NCBI GenBank assembly: GCA_051942205.1
Contig: JAVECO010000044.1
Span: forward strand, 62,001 to 126,000
DNA length: 64,000 bases
DNA from: Coniocarpon cinnabarinum
Taxonomy: Eukaryota
Reading direction: 5' to 3'
Made by a program: the position numbers and the translations under genes. Under the pieces are notes generated by a model, which did no database searches, was not told where the DNA came from, and saw only the letters and a list, made by a program, of their open reading frames with translations. Below are positions 11,813-23,028 of the stretch, one piece after another (position 1 is the first letter of the stretch; the number at the start of each line of letters is the position of its first letter).

Positions 11813-12412
11813 TCACGCTTTCAAGTTGCTGAAGTCATCGTCTGGCTCGACTGCTCCATGACGCTTCAGATTACTGAAGTCACCATCTGGCTCGGTTGAC
11901 CCATCGCGCTTCAAGTTGGTGAAATCATCGTCTGGCTGGACTGATCCATCACGCTTTAGATTGCTAAAGTCATCGTCTGGCTCGATTGACCCATCGCGCT
12001 TCAAGTTGGCGAAATCATCGTCTGGCTCAACGGTCCCGTCCCTTTTCTGGGGAAGGATGGCCTTGTCAAGACCAGACTCAGCGCGCTCTCGCAAGCTATA
12101 GCTGCACCTCAGCGACGTCGCAATATCAATTCACCTCGCGATCTCTCAGGCTTACGCATTGTTGTTGACACCCGAGGTTAAGATTGCTGTAATCGTCAGG
12201 TGACTTGCAATGCCTCTATAGCTTGGGAAGGCACTGACCCGATTCAACATCCCTTGCTCTCGCCACAAGCAGCTCGTTTGGCTCTGTTCATGGATTATTG
12301 TGAGCTATTTGCTGGTTAATGGCAGAGCGGCTCTTGACGTACTTGCAATGGCGAGCGCGAAGCCTTCACCGAGCAATGGAAGTATCACTGCCAATATAGT
12401 GGTGACTTTCAT
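11813..12412 (-). CDS. Kex2-processed repeat protein; putative fungal RiPP (dikaritin) precursor peptide
   Basis: Exons 12412-12343, 12283-12239, 12186-12156 and 12095-11813 are joined by GT-AG introns of 59, 52 and 60 nt and stay in frame: MKVTTILAVILPLLGEGFALAIAKPNELLVARARDVESAILTSGVNNNALRERAESGLDKAILPQ-KR-DGTVEPDDDFANL-KR-DGSIEPDDDFSNL-KR-DGSVQPDDDFTNL-KR-DGSTEPDGDFSNL-KR-HGAVEPDDDFSNL-KA*. Confidence 0.88.
11822..12046 (-). repeat. 5 x 45-nt coding tandem repeat (15-aa KR-flanked units)
   Basis: Units read AAG CGY GAT GGR TCA .. GAG CCA GAC GAT GAY TTY .. AAY YTR; many differences are synonymous. Confidence 0.95.
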
Positions 12413-13114
12413 CTTAAGAAGCCCAATTCTGGTGCGATATGGAGAGATGAGCAGATTAGCTCGGATGGTGACGCTGCTGATAGATCTTATATCCTTCTCA
12501 GGGTACACCTAGAGAAGCTAGTCTTGCAGTAGTAGCGAGTAGCGATAGCTATGCATCCAGCAATTCTGAGCTCTGAAGTGCAGCTGCTGTCCAGGATCAT
12601 GGTCAATGACTGCTCCTCACGCCAGAGCTGATGTCGATCTCCGCAGTGGCTGCCTTTTGAGCGCCTATTTTCTGCTTTCGCGTGTCCCAGCCCTGCTACG
12701 GGTTTGAAAGTGGGTGAAGAGTGCAAGAGCAATGCCATGCAAAACGCCATTTTGCACGGGACTCGACTTCACCAATAGGTTTCTGTCCCTCAGAGCTGTA
12801 AGGAGACTTCCTCGGCCCCTCGTTCGCCCTAGATACTTCTCGCTGCCTTCTCATGCAGGACTGTCTGCTGCAAGAACGAGGCGCAGTGCTATCCTGAGCT
12901 GTTCTCCACATTTGTACGTCAGCATCATCGACGGCCGATCGCTCATGAGATACCAGCAGCCGCCGCTCCGACCAAGATTTACGCTCCTTCCTTGTCAGGA
13001 CAATTCTGAGCAGGACGCACAAGACCTCTAGATCTTTCTGCAGCTCATTGTTTCAACTCATTAACCTAGTCTGTCAAGTCGTCCTTTGTCGTTTGCTAAA
13101 GGCGTACTTTGAAC

Positions 13115-14099
13115 ATGGATGAAGAGAAGAAGCCCTTCCTCGAATGCGAAAGCTCACTCACTGATCTGGACACGCTGCATGAGGAGTATGGCAACAAGAT
13201 TCCCAGCATCAGAAGTGGGCGTGTCTCTAGAGCGAGGTCTTTATTACCTTGGCTGGGACATCTCCTGCTCTTGACGATATACTCTGGCATTTTTGTGGTC
13301 CTGCTTACCACTTACAATTCACCCAAGACCTTCGATAGCGATCTGGAACCATATTGTAAGCAAAGTCAATGTCAGAAAAATGATCGGTCGGCTCATCTTC
13401 CCAAAAGCTCCCGCAAAAGACGCTGTTGAATTCGAGAGCAAATACTTATATAGTCATCATGAAAACAACCCATTCCTCGGCGCACCACGTCGCGAGCTTG
13501 ATGCCGCATGGCACGAGCTCATGCAAGGTTGGCACAAAGCCACCACCAGATTAATGTCGTGATGTGCTGACAAGTGCAGGGACTGTGATCAGAGTATCTG
13601 GAGAGGAACTCGCTCGACTGAACACATCATCATATCCATTGCGAAACGGTGGGTATGCAGCAGGTCTTGGTGTTTACCACGAGCTGCATTGTATAGTAAG
13701 TCATGCCCACGACCCTTGGACCACTCAGCTCAACTGGAGCAGAAACGCATCAAGCAGTATCTCAACCCGCATTGGTATTACGCAAACACCACGCAAGATG
13801 AAATGCAGCACGTAGCGAGCCATCTAGGTATGCACCGGCGCACCAAGTCTCATGCAGAGCTGACGGTCTAAGATCATTGCCTCGATGTGCTGCGGAAGAG
13901 CGTATTGTGCCGCGCAGACTACTCCCTGTACACGTTCAAGTGGACGTCTCGTCATGACGATAAGCCCGAGACTATCGTCGAGCACCCGCAGAGATGTGTC
14001 AATTGGAATCTGCTTCAGAGCTGGGTACTGAGTCGAGCTGTTGATGCAAGTGAGAATGTACCGAGCGAAGAAGACGCGAGACTGTCTTTGTCCGAGTGA
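13115..14099 (+). CDS. DUF3328 / UstYa-like oxidase
   Basis: Exons 13115-13355, 13408-13527, 13580-13695, 13743-13827 and 13873-14099 give an N-terminal TM helix, YSPA, ELDAAWHELM, VYHELHCI (HxxHC 1), HLDHCLDVLRKSVLCRAD (HxxHC 2) and HPQRCVNW. Confidence 0.92.
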
Positions 14100-14335
14100 A
14101 CTTAACTCCGAGATGAAACAGGACCGATCAAGACTCTCAAAAGAGCTTCGCTATGATGCTGACGGCCCACAAGAAAAGATCCATGCTGTATGCATCCGCT
14201 CGGTCTTTGTTGAAGATTACTTATCCACGTGCCACCACCTATCTGATGTGAGGAGGGGGGTATACTACATGAGGAAGGTATATATAGGTGGTAAAAGAAT
14301 TTTATATAAGCATCGCAGCAGTGCAAGCGTGCAGC

Positions 14336-15721
14336 TCACGCCCGCTCAATCTCCGTTGTCACAGTCGTTGCTATGCCCACATGACTATTCTGATGATTCC
14401 CAGATTCAGACTCAAACCTTCCATCAGCACAAGCCGTTGCTTGTATACCAACTTCGTGACTTTGAGACTCTCCACGGCGGAGATGATGCAGGGAGCCGTC
14501 GTCCCGCGATTTCACGCGTGAGAGCTCTTTCAGCCGATTCCACGGCCCGCTTCCCTTGAATGTGTAGTCCGGATCTCGAGTTCCCGTCGCTCTCGGCCTC
14601 CTCGCGTAGACCTCACCAGTAATGTAGCCGTGTTGCATAGCATCCAAGACGGCTTTAATAAATGGCAAACACGTGAGACCCATGGCGACGCGAACATGGA
14701 CCTCTGATGCGAGCACCGCCGCGTAGAGCTTCGAAGAAGCGTTGTAGGATCGAAGAGATGGGACTAGATACACGAGGCGAACGATGATGACAGGTACGGT
14801 CCTATTCAAGATTAGTCATATCCAATGATGAGAGGCGTTGTACATATTCGTACAAGAGCCGCGCCGCAAAAGTGGTGAAAACACCATACTTCGCCGACGT
14901 TGGTATCCGAAGCGCCGAAACGAGTACGCTTGGAACAAGAACCAGCCAGAGGTCTGTCAACACATCAATGACTGCAAAGACTATCCAAAAAGCTTCCTAC
15001 AGGCAAGTAAGCATACCTGCCACACACGCCTCCGGACATTGTGTAGTACCTGATTGATACATTGGGACTGCTCATTTACCCATGGATGAGAAATACCGCA
15101 TTGAATTCCGGCTGCGATAAATGCAGCACATGTCCATGTGCTCGTGAAAGCCGAATATACGATAAGCTGCTTCTTGATCCAGGCCACAGGAGCGAGCGAT
15201 CGCACAAAGAAGATGGTTGCATTTTTGATGAAGCACAGTATCATAATGTACAAAAGTTGACTGGTGTAAATAGCCTGCCCTCATGTCAGAACGAGACTCG
15301 TAATTGCGAGGCGCGCAGACTCGAGCCCTTTCGTGACACAACTGCTGGATATTGCATTTGATTTTAGGAACTCTCCCAAACTGACCTTATCAAGTCTTAG
15401 CCTTTGTGTGCTGTCGCGAGCGTCCCAAGGTTTTCCTAATCCAGCCGAGACCTGTTGTGACACAGCTACAGTCTGCCCGACCGTGAGGAGCTAGCACTGC
15501 GCTCAGCAATCGCGCAATAGCAAGATAATTTTGTGTAGTGAGATGCTAACCAAGGCAGCAGCCAGAAGATAATCGTCAGGAGACAAACGATGCGTGCGTT
15601 GCCATTTGTCAATAATTTTGACGCCGACAGCCAAAGCTACCGCAATTGTGAAGACCCAGTCGATGGTATTAACCAGAGGCCCCTCGTTACTGCTAGAAAT
15701 GATTGTGCGCACGCCAATCAT
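14336..15721 (-). CDS. PTH11-like / fungal rhodopsin-domain integral membrane protein (multi-exon)
   Basis: Exon pieces PLVNTIDWVFTIAVALAVGVK...DDYLLAAAL, VSAGLGKPW, ILCFIKNATIFFVRSL, QCGISHPW and LTCLPFIKAVLDAMQHG; exon boundaries approximate. Confidence 0.75.
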
Positions 15722-16286
15722 TGTGACCTTTCAAACTCACATTTGTGTAGGCGAAGCAGAACACTGGGGTAATAACAATTTGTGTGGAGGTTGTGATACC
15801 TATCAACAGATCGCAGGTGTTCCCGAGCTGTGTTGGAGACCGATGATTTCCCATCTTTTGGGGCACGGCTGAATCGCTGGCTGCCCACAGTAACAAAACT
15901 CGAGCGCAGATTGGACATGGCGAGGTTCGCACGGGCCACTCCGGCATCAAAGTCTGCCTGCATGAGACTTAGGAGGTACTTTCTCCACTCAGGCGTTAAG
16001 TGGGCGGACAGCCGCATGCGATTCTTGACCGAGCTTATGCTGGTATTTGCGGCGTTGAGTCGAATCTAGCGCTTGGACCTCGTCACCTCTAGCTCGCATA
16101 GTAGAAGCAAGTGAATGCAGCCGTGTGGCACTCACCGGCTTACACTTCACCTCAATTCAAATTACATCTGGACACATGATCACATCTTCCAAAGTCAATT
16201 TTTGTGGTGTAAGCGGCACTTATATACATCATAATGTTGGCCTGTTTCTTGTCTTGGTGAGACGAAGCTTCTTGCACCTCTGAGCG

Positions 16287-18252
16287 ATGGACAGTAGCGA
16301 TGTCAGTCTGCAAACAAGGCTTGTCGGTTGTAGGCCAACAAACACAGCCTTCAATGCGCAACCAGGCAATCACAAAGCACTGGACGACGATGCGAGGCAA
16401 CTCGCCCGCTTTGGGAAGAAGCAGCAGCTCCTCAGACGCTTTGGCGTGATTCCAGTCGTTGGTCTAGTTTGCACTTTGCTTGTTACTTGGGAAGGAGTCT
16501 TGATGTGAGTCTGCAAGTTTGAACTACAATAAAACATCACTTTGACCCTTGAGCTACAGTGTGCTCCCTCAATCGCTTGACAATGGTGGTCCTTTGGGGG
16601 CAGTCTGTGGCTTCGCCCTTGCTTGGGTCGGAGTGTTCTCGCAGAATCTCGTGATGGCCGAGATGGCTTCAATGTGAGAGCGACAGGAGATGATCTGACG
16701 CGTACAGTGTCTAAGAGACGCAGGATGCCGATTGCCGGTGGCGCATACAACTGGTAAGCTACGCGCATTCTTGTTCCAGCCCGGCCGTCGGAGTGTGTGA
16801 CTGATATGGCTTTGTTGCAGGGTCGCGTTGTTGGCACCACCTAAATACTCCAAATTTCTCAGCTACGTCGCTGGCTGGATCAATGTGATTGCCTGGCAAG
16901 TCGCCGGCACGCCGGTCCTCTACACAGCTGCTGAAGTCCTGGAGGGCATCACAATGCTCGAACATCCCCAATATTCAATGACAGATTGGCAGCAAACACT
17001 TGTGATGATTGCAGTTCTCACGATATCCCTTCTCACGAATACGCTGCTGGCGAGACAATTTCCTACGCTTGAAACGATAATACTTCTAGTCCATGTGCTA
17101 GGGTTCTTCGGGGTGTTCGTGCCTCTTGTATATCTCAGCCCAAAGGACGGATCGAGGAAGATCTTTGATGGTCTTGAGAACCCCGGTGGATGGAGCTCGC
17201 CTGGTTTAGCTTTCTTGATCGGGACTTCACAAATGATGACTAACTTCATCGGAGTCGACGGGGCAACTCATTTGGGTGAGTTGCATAGTGCGATCTGCAC
17301 TCTCTTCTTGGTATCGCTACCAGGGTTGTTGGACTGACTTCTTGTCTAGCCGAAGAGATCCCAAACGCTTCCAAAGTAATTCCTCGCGCTATGATGGTAA
17401 CGGTCCTGTTGAATGGTATTACAGGGCTTGCGATGCTCCTCGCATTGTTCTTCTGCGCCACAGACTTGAATGCTGCCATCAACAGTCCAATCGGCCAGCC
17501 TTTTATTGTGGTCTTTCAACAGGCAGTAGGCACAGCTGGTGGGGCGACTGCCATGGTTGGTTCAGACTCATTCTTGGCCAGCGCGAACCTTGTTAATCAT
17601 GCCAGGCTGTAATACTTCTTCTAGCATTCATGTTCGGTTCGATGGGCTTCGTGGCCACAGCTTCACGTATGTTGTGGGCATTCTCGAGAGAAAAAGCGGT
17701 GCCGGGCCATAAGTATCTTAGCAAGGTAAGCATATTGTCTAGCAGTCTTAGAGAAGCTTAGAAACAGGAGGCGCCGCTGACGTGTTGAACATTCAGATCG
17801 TAGGCAAGCATCCGTTACCACTACCAGCAATCTTGGTCACCGTCTTGATTACCGCAGTACTTGCGCTCATCAACATTGGATCTTCTGCCGCCTTCAACGC
17901 ATTCATCTCTCTGACTGTAGCCTCTTACTACATCTCATACTGTCTTGCAGCTTGCTGCCTCCTTTGGCGCCAGCTTAGAGGCCCACCTGTTCGCTACGGT
18001 TATTTTCAACTTGGATGCTGGCGGATACCACTCATCATCTTCTCCGTTGCATACAGCATAGTCGGTTCATTCTTTTCGTTTTGGCCGCCAACCCCAAAGC
18101 CAACACCTGAATCCATGAACTGGTCGGCGGTCGTGTTTGTGGGAGTCTGCCTCCTGAGTCTAATTTACTGGGTGGTTGCCGCACGAAAGACCTACAAAGG
18201 ACCGATTATTGAAGTTACTTTGGACGTTAACAAAGACATAGACGAGGGTTAG
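16287..18252 (+). CDS. APC-superfamily amino acid/choline/GABA permease (multi-exon)
   Basis: LARFGKKQQLLRRFG, MAEMASM.PIAGGAYNWV, GVDGATHL.EEIPNASKVIPRAM, ASRMLWAFSRE, LINIGSSAAFNAFISL and MNWSAVVF...ARKTYKGP. Confidence 0.9.
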
Positions 18253-18500
18253 GACCCTTGATAGACACTTCGCAAAATGCTAATGTCGATGTAACAAATC
18301 GACGTGCACGTCTAGAGTGGAAGCGCCCTGGACGAAAGGTCTGAGAACTTCTAACGAGGAGTTTAGTGCAAGGCCGCTGTTGCACTTTGCAGACTTTGTA
18401 AAACAATGGCTTCAGACTGTGCTCAGCGTTGACAAAGGATCTTCACACTTAATATGACTGCAGCTTCACCCGGCCGCGGAGGTCGTAGATAGATCAGACG

Positions 18501-19394
18501 CTAGCTTTGATGGTCTGTCATTCCTCCAAGCGGCGATCTCACAAGCTGAGCGTCCTTATGGGGACCATGGTCCGCCGTCGGCTCAAAGCCAAGATGATAA
18601 TATGCTGGACGTGCATTCGGCAGCGCGTCTAGCACGCAGGGCGCCGGCGGAGTCCCTGCATCAGCCTTCTCAAGCCCATACATCGTCAGCGCTTTGCCCA
18701 CGCCCATCGCTTGGTAAGGCTTGTCGACACAAAGAGGCGCAAGGTACCAGTGCGGTCGGTCGCCCATTTCTTTGACACGTCCCACGTCGTGATCGCGGAA
18801 CTGCTCATACCAAGCTGGCTTGTGATGCGCGTACAACTGAGACATGTCCGCGTCTGACCAGCCCATGGAGCGATCGAAAGCAAGCGAGCGGACGAGATCG
18901 TCGCGGTAGCTACCTGGGACAAAGGCAGGAGGGAAATCAATGTCGTCAAGGCCCGGATACGTCGTGGGAAATATTGGATACCTGCCGTTCTCCATCCAAA
19001 TTGCAGTCCCCATGATGACACCAGTGTCGGCGTGCGTTGCCTTAATGAAGTGATAACCTGGCGTGCGACAGAGCGGAGCAAAATGCTTCGCAAGCAGGTC
19101 GATTCGTTTTTCAAGAGATGGACAGGCACTGCTGTCCTCGACTTTCTCCCAGAAAGCGTCTGGAAAGGCTGCGTAATGAATTGCTGCCTTTGTGGGATGT
19201 ATTATCAGCAAGTCGAAACGACTGACGTGATTTTCGAGCATGTCGGCAAGACCTACGAGTTGGCGAAGATCCTGCTCTTCTGCGAGAGAGATCTGGATTT
19301 TTGATCTTTCTAAACGATTCTCGTCTCGCGTTGGTTGGGTCATAGGTCTATAGCCCTCTGGCACATCTACTTCGTGATAAGTATTCGTACTCAT
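18501..19394 (-). CDS. GNAT-family N-acetyltransferase
   Basis: Acetyl-CoA motif HWYLAPLCVDKPYQAMGVGKAL and ARPAYYHLGF; ATG at 19394; probable in-frame 69-nt intron 19256-19188. Confidence 0.85.
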   Translation of the reverse strand: MSTNTYHEVDVPEGYRPMTQPTRDENRLERSKIQISLAEEQDLRQLVGLADMLENHVSRFDLLIIHPTKAAIHYAAFPDAFWEKVEDSSACPSLEKRIDLLAKHFAPLCRTPGYHFIKATHADTGVIMGTAIWMENGRYPIFPTTYPGLDDIDFPPAFVPGSYRDDLVRSLAFDRSMGWSDADMSQLYAHHKPAWYEQFRDHDVGRVKEMGDRPHWYLAPLCVDKPYQAMGVGKALTMYGLEKADAGTPPAPCVLDALPNARPAYYHLGFEPTADHGPHKDAQLVRSPLGGMTDHQS

Positions 19395-20430
19395 AATGCA
19401 AGGGGTCGTGTAACTGCTCGTTTGTCTGCATTCAAATGTTGGACAAGGAGTGCTCAGGGCGCTGCCCAGCGCGTTGCCGCATTTTCTGCCCACTCATGTC
19501 GTCATGGGTGGCAGCCTTGCCAAATGCAGGGTTCATCACCGCATACGTAGAGTGTTCTCATCCTCAGTATGTGCTCTATAAGCAGGGACGGCTCCGCCCA
19601 CCAGCCAGAAATCATTCGTCCACGACAGCTCGTTCTTTGCCTCAAAGGCGGTCAACTAACTCATGGTCGTCCAAATGCCCAGGCGAGCAGCAAAATTGAA
19701 GTGAATTGTGAGAGCCTCTAGACAAGCCTGTATTTCTCACCGTCGTCAGCGCAGAGCAATGCCTTCCACTTAGCAACTCGGGGAGCCACAAGAAAACCGT
19801 TTGCAATGCTCTGGACGCCGTACATAAACAAGTGTACAGAAGGAGCGACGCTTGCGTGACAACATATCTCAGTCTACGAGGAGAAGAGGCCCTTAATATC
19901 TTCGACATGTATGCATATCATAGTCGTTCGCGAGGGCTGAAGGTGTCTGATACCGAAGCGATAACTGACACCTTTCAAAGCTGTTAGAGAAAGCATGACT
20001 GATATTCCAGCGAATACAGAAAGGAGTTTTGTTGTACGGGGGATTCGTAAATTTGCCACTTTGGGTCAATAGTGACAACAGGTCAAGCCGCAAGTTGAAT
20101 ACTGAGGTACGGATTACGCTATCAGGAATCAGTGATGCAAGTTCGCCTGATTACGAGTGCGGGCTCCGTGCGTATGCCTTCAAATATCTTGGGGAATATG
20201 TTGAGGTGAAGGTATACCTCTTATTTATTAATGTACCTTTGTATGTTGAACGCCCTGTCTTAAGCAGACCCCTGCTTCGTCTGAAAAGAAAATTTGCCTG
20301 GCAGATCAAATATATCTTGACGTTGTGGACGCAGATACTGTGTACTTCTTGGCGCTCTTCTTTGCCCGTAGGGCTTCGCCGTCCTGCGAGTTCTTGTCAT
20401 CTCCATAAGCATCTCTCGGCTCATTTGAAG

Positions 20431-21541
20431 ATGTGCATTCCGCATAACCTCAGAGGACAAGGTACTTCGCAACACCGGCCAGCTGGAACGTCTTCATTCA
20501 ATCTTCCAGGCGACCAGATTCGTGCCGATCCTGTTCAACGCTCGAGCGGGCGTGTTACGCCATGGGCTTCTACAGACCAAACACATACCGACACTGATGT
20601 CCGCTCGTCGATTGAATCTCTGACAATACAAGAGCCGAGCGAGAGAAGGACAGAAAGCCAGAGAGAGGAACCCAGTAACGAATACGACATCGTCCCCGTA
20701 TTGAACGGGCCTCACGGTCAGCGGGACCAACAACAGTCTGAGCATAATTCTGGATCGCAATCCCACCAGGAGCAGCCTATTGAGCAGCCTCCTGAACAGC
20801 AACACGGACATCAGCAAGCAGCACAGCAGCCGGAACCAAACATGAGACGTTCAAGGCGCATCCTCCGCAGAGGTTCTCCACCAGGCCAACGCTACCGTCG
20901 GCTCTATCCCAGCACTCTGCCGCTATGAATAGAGGACACAAATTCGAATATCGAATGGTTCTCTCGCGAACGCTGGCATCGGCTTGAGCAAAATGAGCCG
21001 TTGTGGCTTCATCTGTGTGCACAATTCTCGGATCATTTCACTGATGAGGTCCTCGTGCCTCGGGTGGAAGACTACCTGTCGCCCGCCGTACAGCGGAAAC
21101 GCAACGAGTCGGTTGATTTCTTCTACTTGCGACGTGTCGAGGTGTGGTACGTTGAGTCCATGACATGTGTGCTCGACCGATTCATGTGTCGCGAGTATTG
21201 CTAGTCTTCTGATTGTGCTGGCTCGCGTGTTGCTCTTTGGGTTGTGTCTTGTTTTATTGCTGACTTTTGCAATCAGGGGCCACTACGACGACGACCACTG
21301 GCCTGCCGAGCACAACCGCACAGAGCCTAAGCCGAATAAACAGTACCTCGAATGCTATTTCCGATACAATCCAGAATGCTCAGTCGATGGCTCATGGCGC
21401 TGCATCGCAATCGATCAGCTTGAACAACGAGAAATTGCACGGGGCGGAAGAGAGGGTGGTCGACTTTTCCAGAGTAAGATCGCAGCGCGAGACCGGATAG
21501 TAGACATAGCAAGGCGATGGCTGGCGAGTTTCCAAAGATAG
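20431..21541 (+). pseudogene. Hypothetical two-exon gene interrupted by one in-frame TGA
   Basis: The Q/E-rich ORF ending 20928 continues in the same frame past TGA(20926-28) to a GTACGT donor at 21147; acceptor at 21276 with CTGAC branch keeps the frame into GHYDDDHW...WLASFQR*. Confidence 0.4.
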
Positions 21542-21825
21542 GATTACAGCGGCAAACCAAGGAGCACATATTGATGCGCGATTGCTGAGTCGACAGTGAC
21601 GTGAAACGTCGTCCGAGTCTTGAGAAGCACATCCGAATTTGCTGATAACAGAACAGCGCTCGATGCGCTGACCTATTCAAAACGTAGGTAACTTCTGGAC
21701 GGAGAAGTCCATCGTCTCCTAAGCGCTTTTCGTCAGCCTTGAGCAGCTTTACCAGACGGGTGATCTGATAAGGAAGTGGCAGTTGAGGTTCGTCAAAACA
21801 AGGCGCAGGCAAAGAGCTGCTGTGA

Positions 21826-23028
21826 TCAGGTATTGTTCTTTCGCGCATCTTGGAAGGCCTGTTGAATGGCTGAAGTGACAATGGGATAGCCCATGATCTT
21901 GTCGTGGAGACCATGCTCCAAGATGTGCTCTCTTAGCACGCCACGACGTGTCCTTTGCTCGATAGACCATCCAGCAGCGCCTAGCTGTTGCTTGCTGCTC
22001 CTCTCCTTATCTTGTAGACCTTCCAAGCGGAGAGCCTCATCCTTTCCGGCGTTTACTGCATACCAGTACATGGCGTCGCTGTGCTGCCAAGGAATGGTGT
22101 AGTCGTCCTTAGCATGGATGAGTGTCACACTATACACACCTAGTCTCTTCTCCATAACTTCGCACGTCCGAACAAACTGGGCAAGCTTATCTCTGCTGGG
22201 CCATTTGCTAACGATGAAGCTGTTGAAAAATCTCATCAACCTTGGGAAATACGCCAGTGGTGATAGCAACGGGATCATGCCAGCAACACAGTATGTTTCC
22301 GTCAGAGACTCCACGTCAGTGAATGGAGCGACGAGTACCATCCCCGCGAACAGCGTAGGTGATGGCTGCAACGCAAGATGATGAGCAAGAGCAATAGTGA
22401 CCGCTGTGCCAAGAGACTGAGCGAAGAGAACGATACGCTCAGGCGTAACGCCGGCGGTGTTTATTGCCCAGTCAGCAAGTGACACAGCATCCGTCAGCAA
22501 GCCTTTTTCTGACGGGGAAACACCGGAGCTCTCGCCAAAAGTGCGATAATCTATAGCCACAATGTGAACCTTATCAGGAGCTGCCGCGTAAATAGCTCGA
22601 TAACTAGCTGGGCGATATCCAGAGCCCAATGTGCCTGCTGCTCCGTGCAAGTACAGGACGAGCAAAGCTTCAGGATCTTCGCGCAGAAGCTTGAACGAGC
22701 GACGCTGAGTGATGTCAGAAGCGAGGCCAGATGGTTCCGCTACCAATGATTTCATGTTTCTGCGGTAAATATCCAAGGGCAGGATATGCCAAGCGTGCAG
22801 TGTTTCTTTGTCCAAAGTTTTGAGCTTGAACGGAGTGACTTGGTTATGCATGAAGCCCCATAGTTCGGGAACGTCGACGTCTTGGAACCACGTCAGCTTG
22901 ACTTTATGAAGGTATATGATATGATTTTGGAAATATGGGATCGCCAGGACAGAGAGAAACGTGATGTAGGCCACGACCATGCCAACAATCGCTTGAGTGA
23001 CGAACGACACGATTGTTGATAGTGACAT
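21826..23028 (-). CDS. Alpha/beta hydrolase, ABHD12-like
   Basis: N-terminal TM, LYLHGAAGT, IDYRTFGES, nucleophile elbow AQSLGTA, LIHAKDD and GLHD. Confidence 0.88.
   Translation of the reverse strand: MSLSTIVSFVTQAIVGMVVAYITFLSVLAIPYFQNHIIYLHKVKLTWFQDVDVPELWGFMHNQVTPFKLKTLDKETLHAWHILPLDIYRRNMKSLVAEPSGLASDITQRRSFKLLREDPEALLVLYLHGAAGTLGSGYRPASYRAIYAAAPDKVHIVAIDYRTFGESSGVSPSEKGLLTDAVSLADWAINTAGVTPERIVLFAQSLGTAVTIALAHHLALQPSPTLFAGMVLVAPFTDVESLTETYCVAGMIPLLSPLAYFPRLMRFFNSFIVSKWPSRDKLAQFVRTCEVMEKRLGVYSVTLIHAKDDYTIPWQHSDAMYWYAVNAGKDEALRLEGLQDKERSSKQQLGAAGWSIEQRTRRGVLREHILEHGLHDKIMGYPIVTSAIQQAFQDARKNNT

Noticed and set aside
11822..12046. The 45-nt array as a CRISPR array or an alpha-type mating pheromone precursor
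   Set aside because: Eukaryotic context with no unique spacers or cas genes; the repeats lack the Trp/Cys-containing (WC..GQ.CW-like) motif and X-A/X-P dipeptide spacers of ascomycete alpha pheromones
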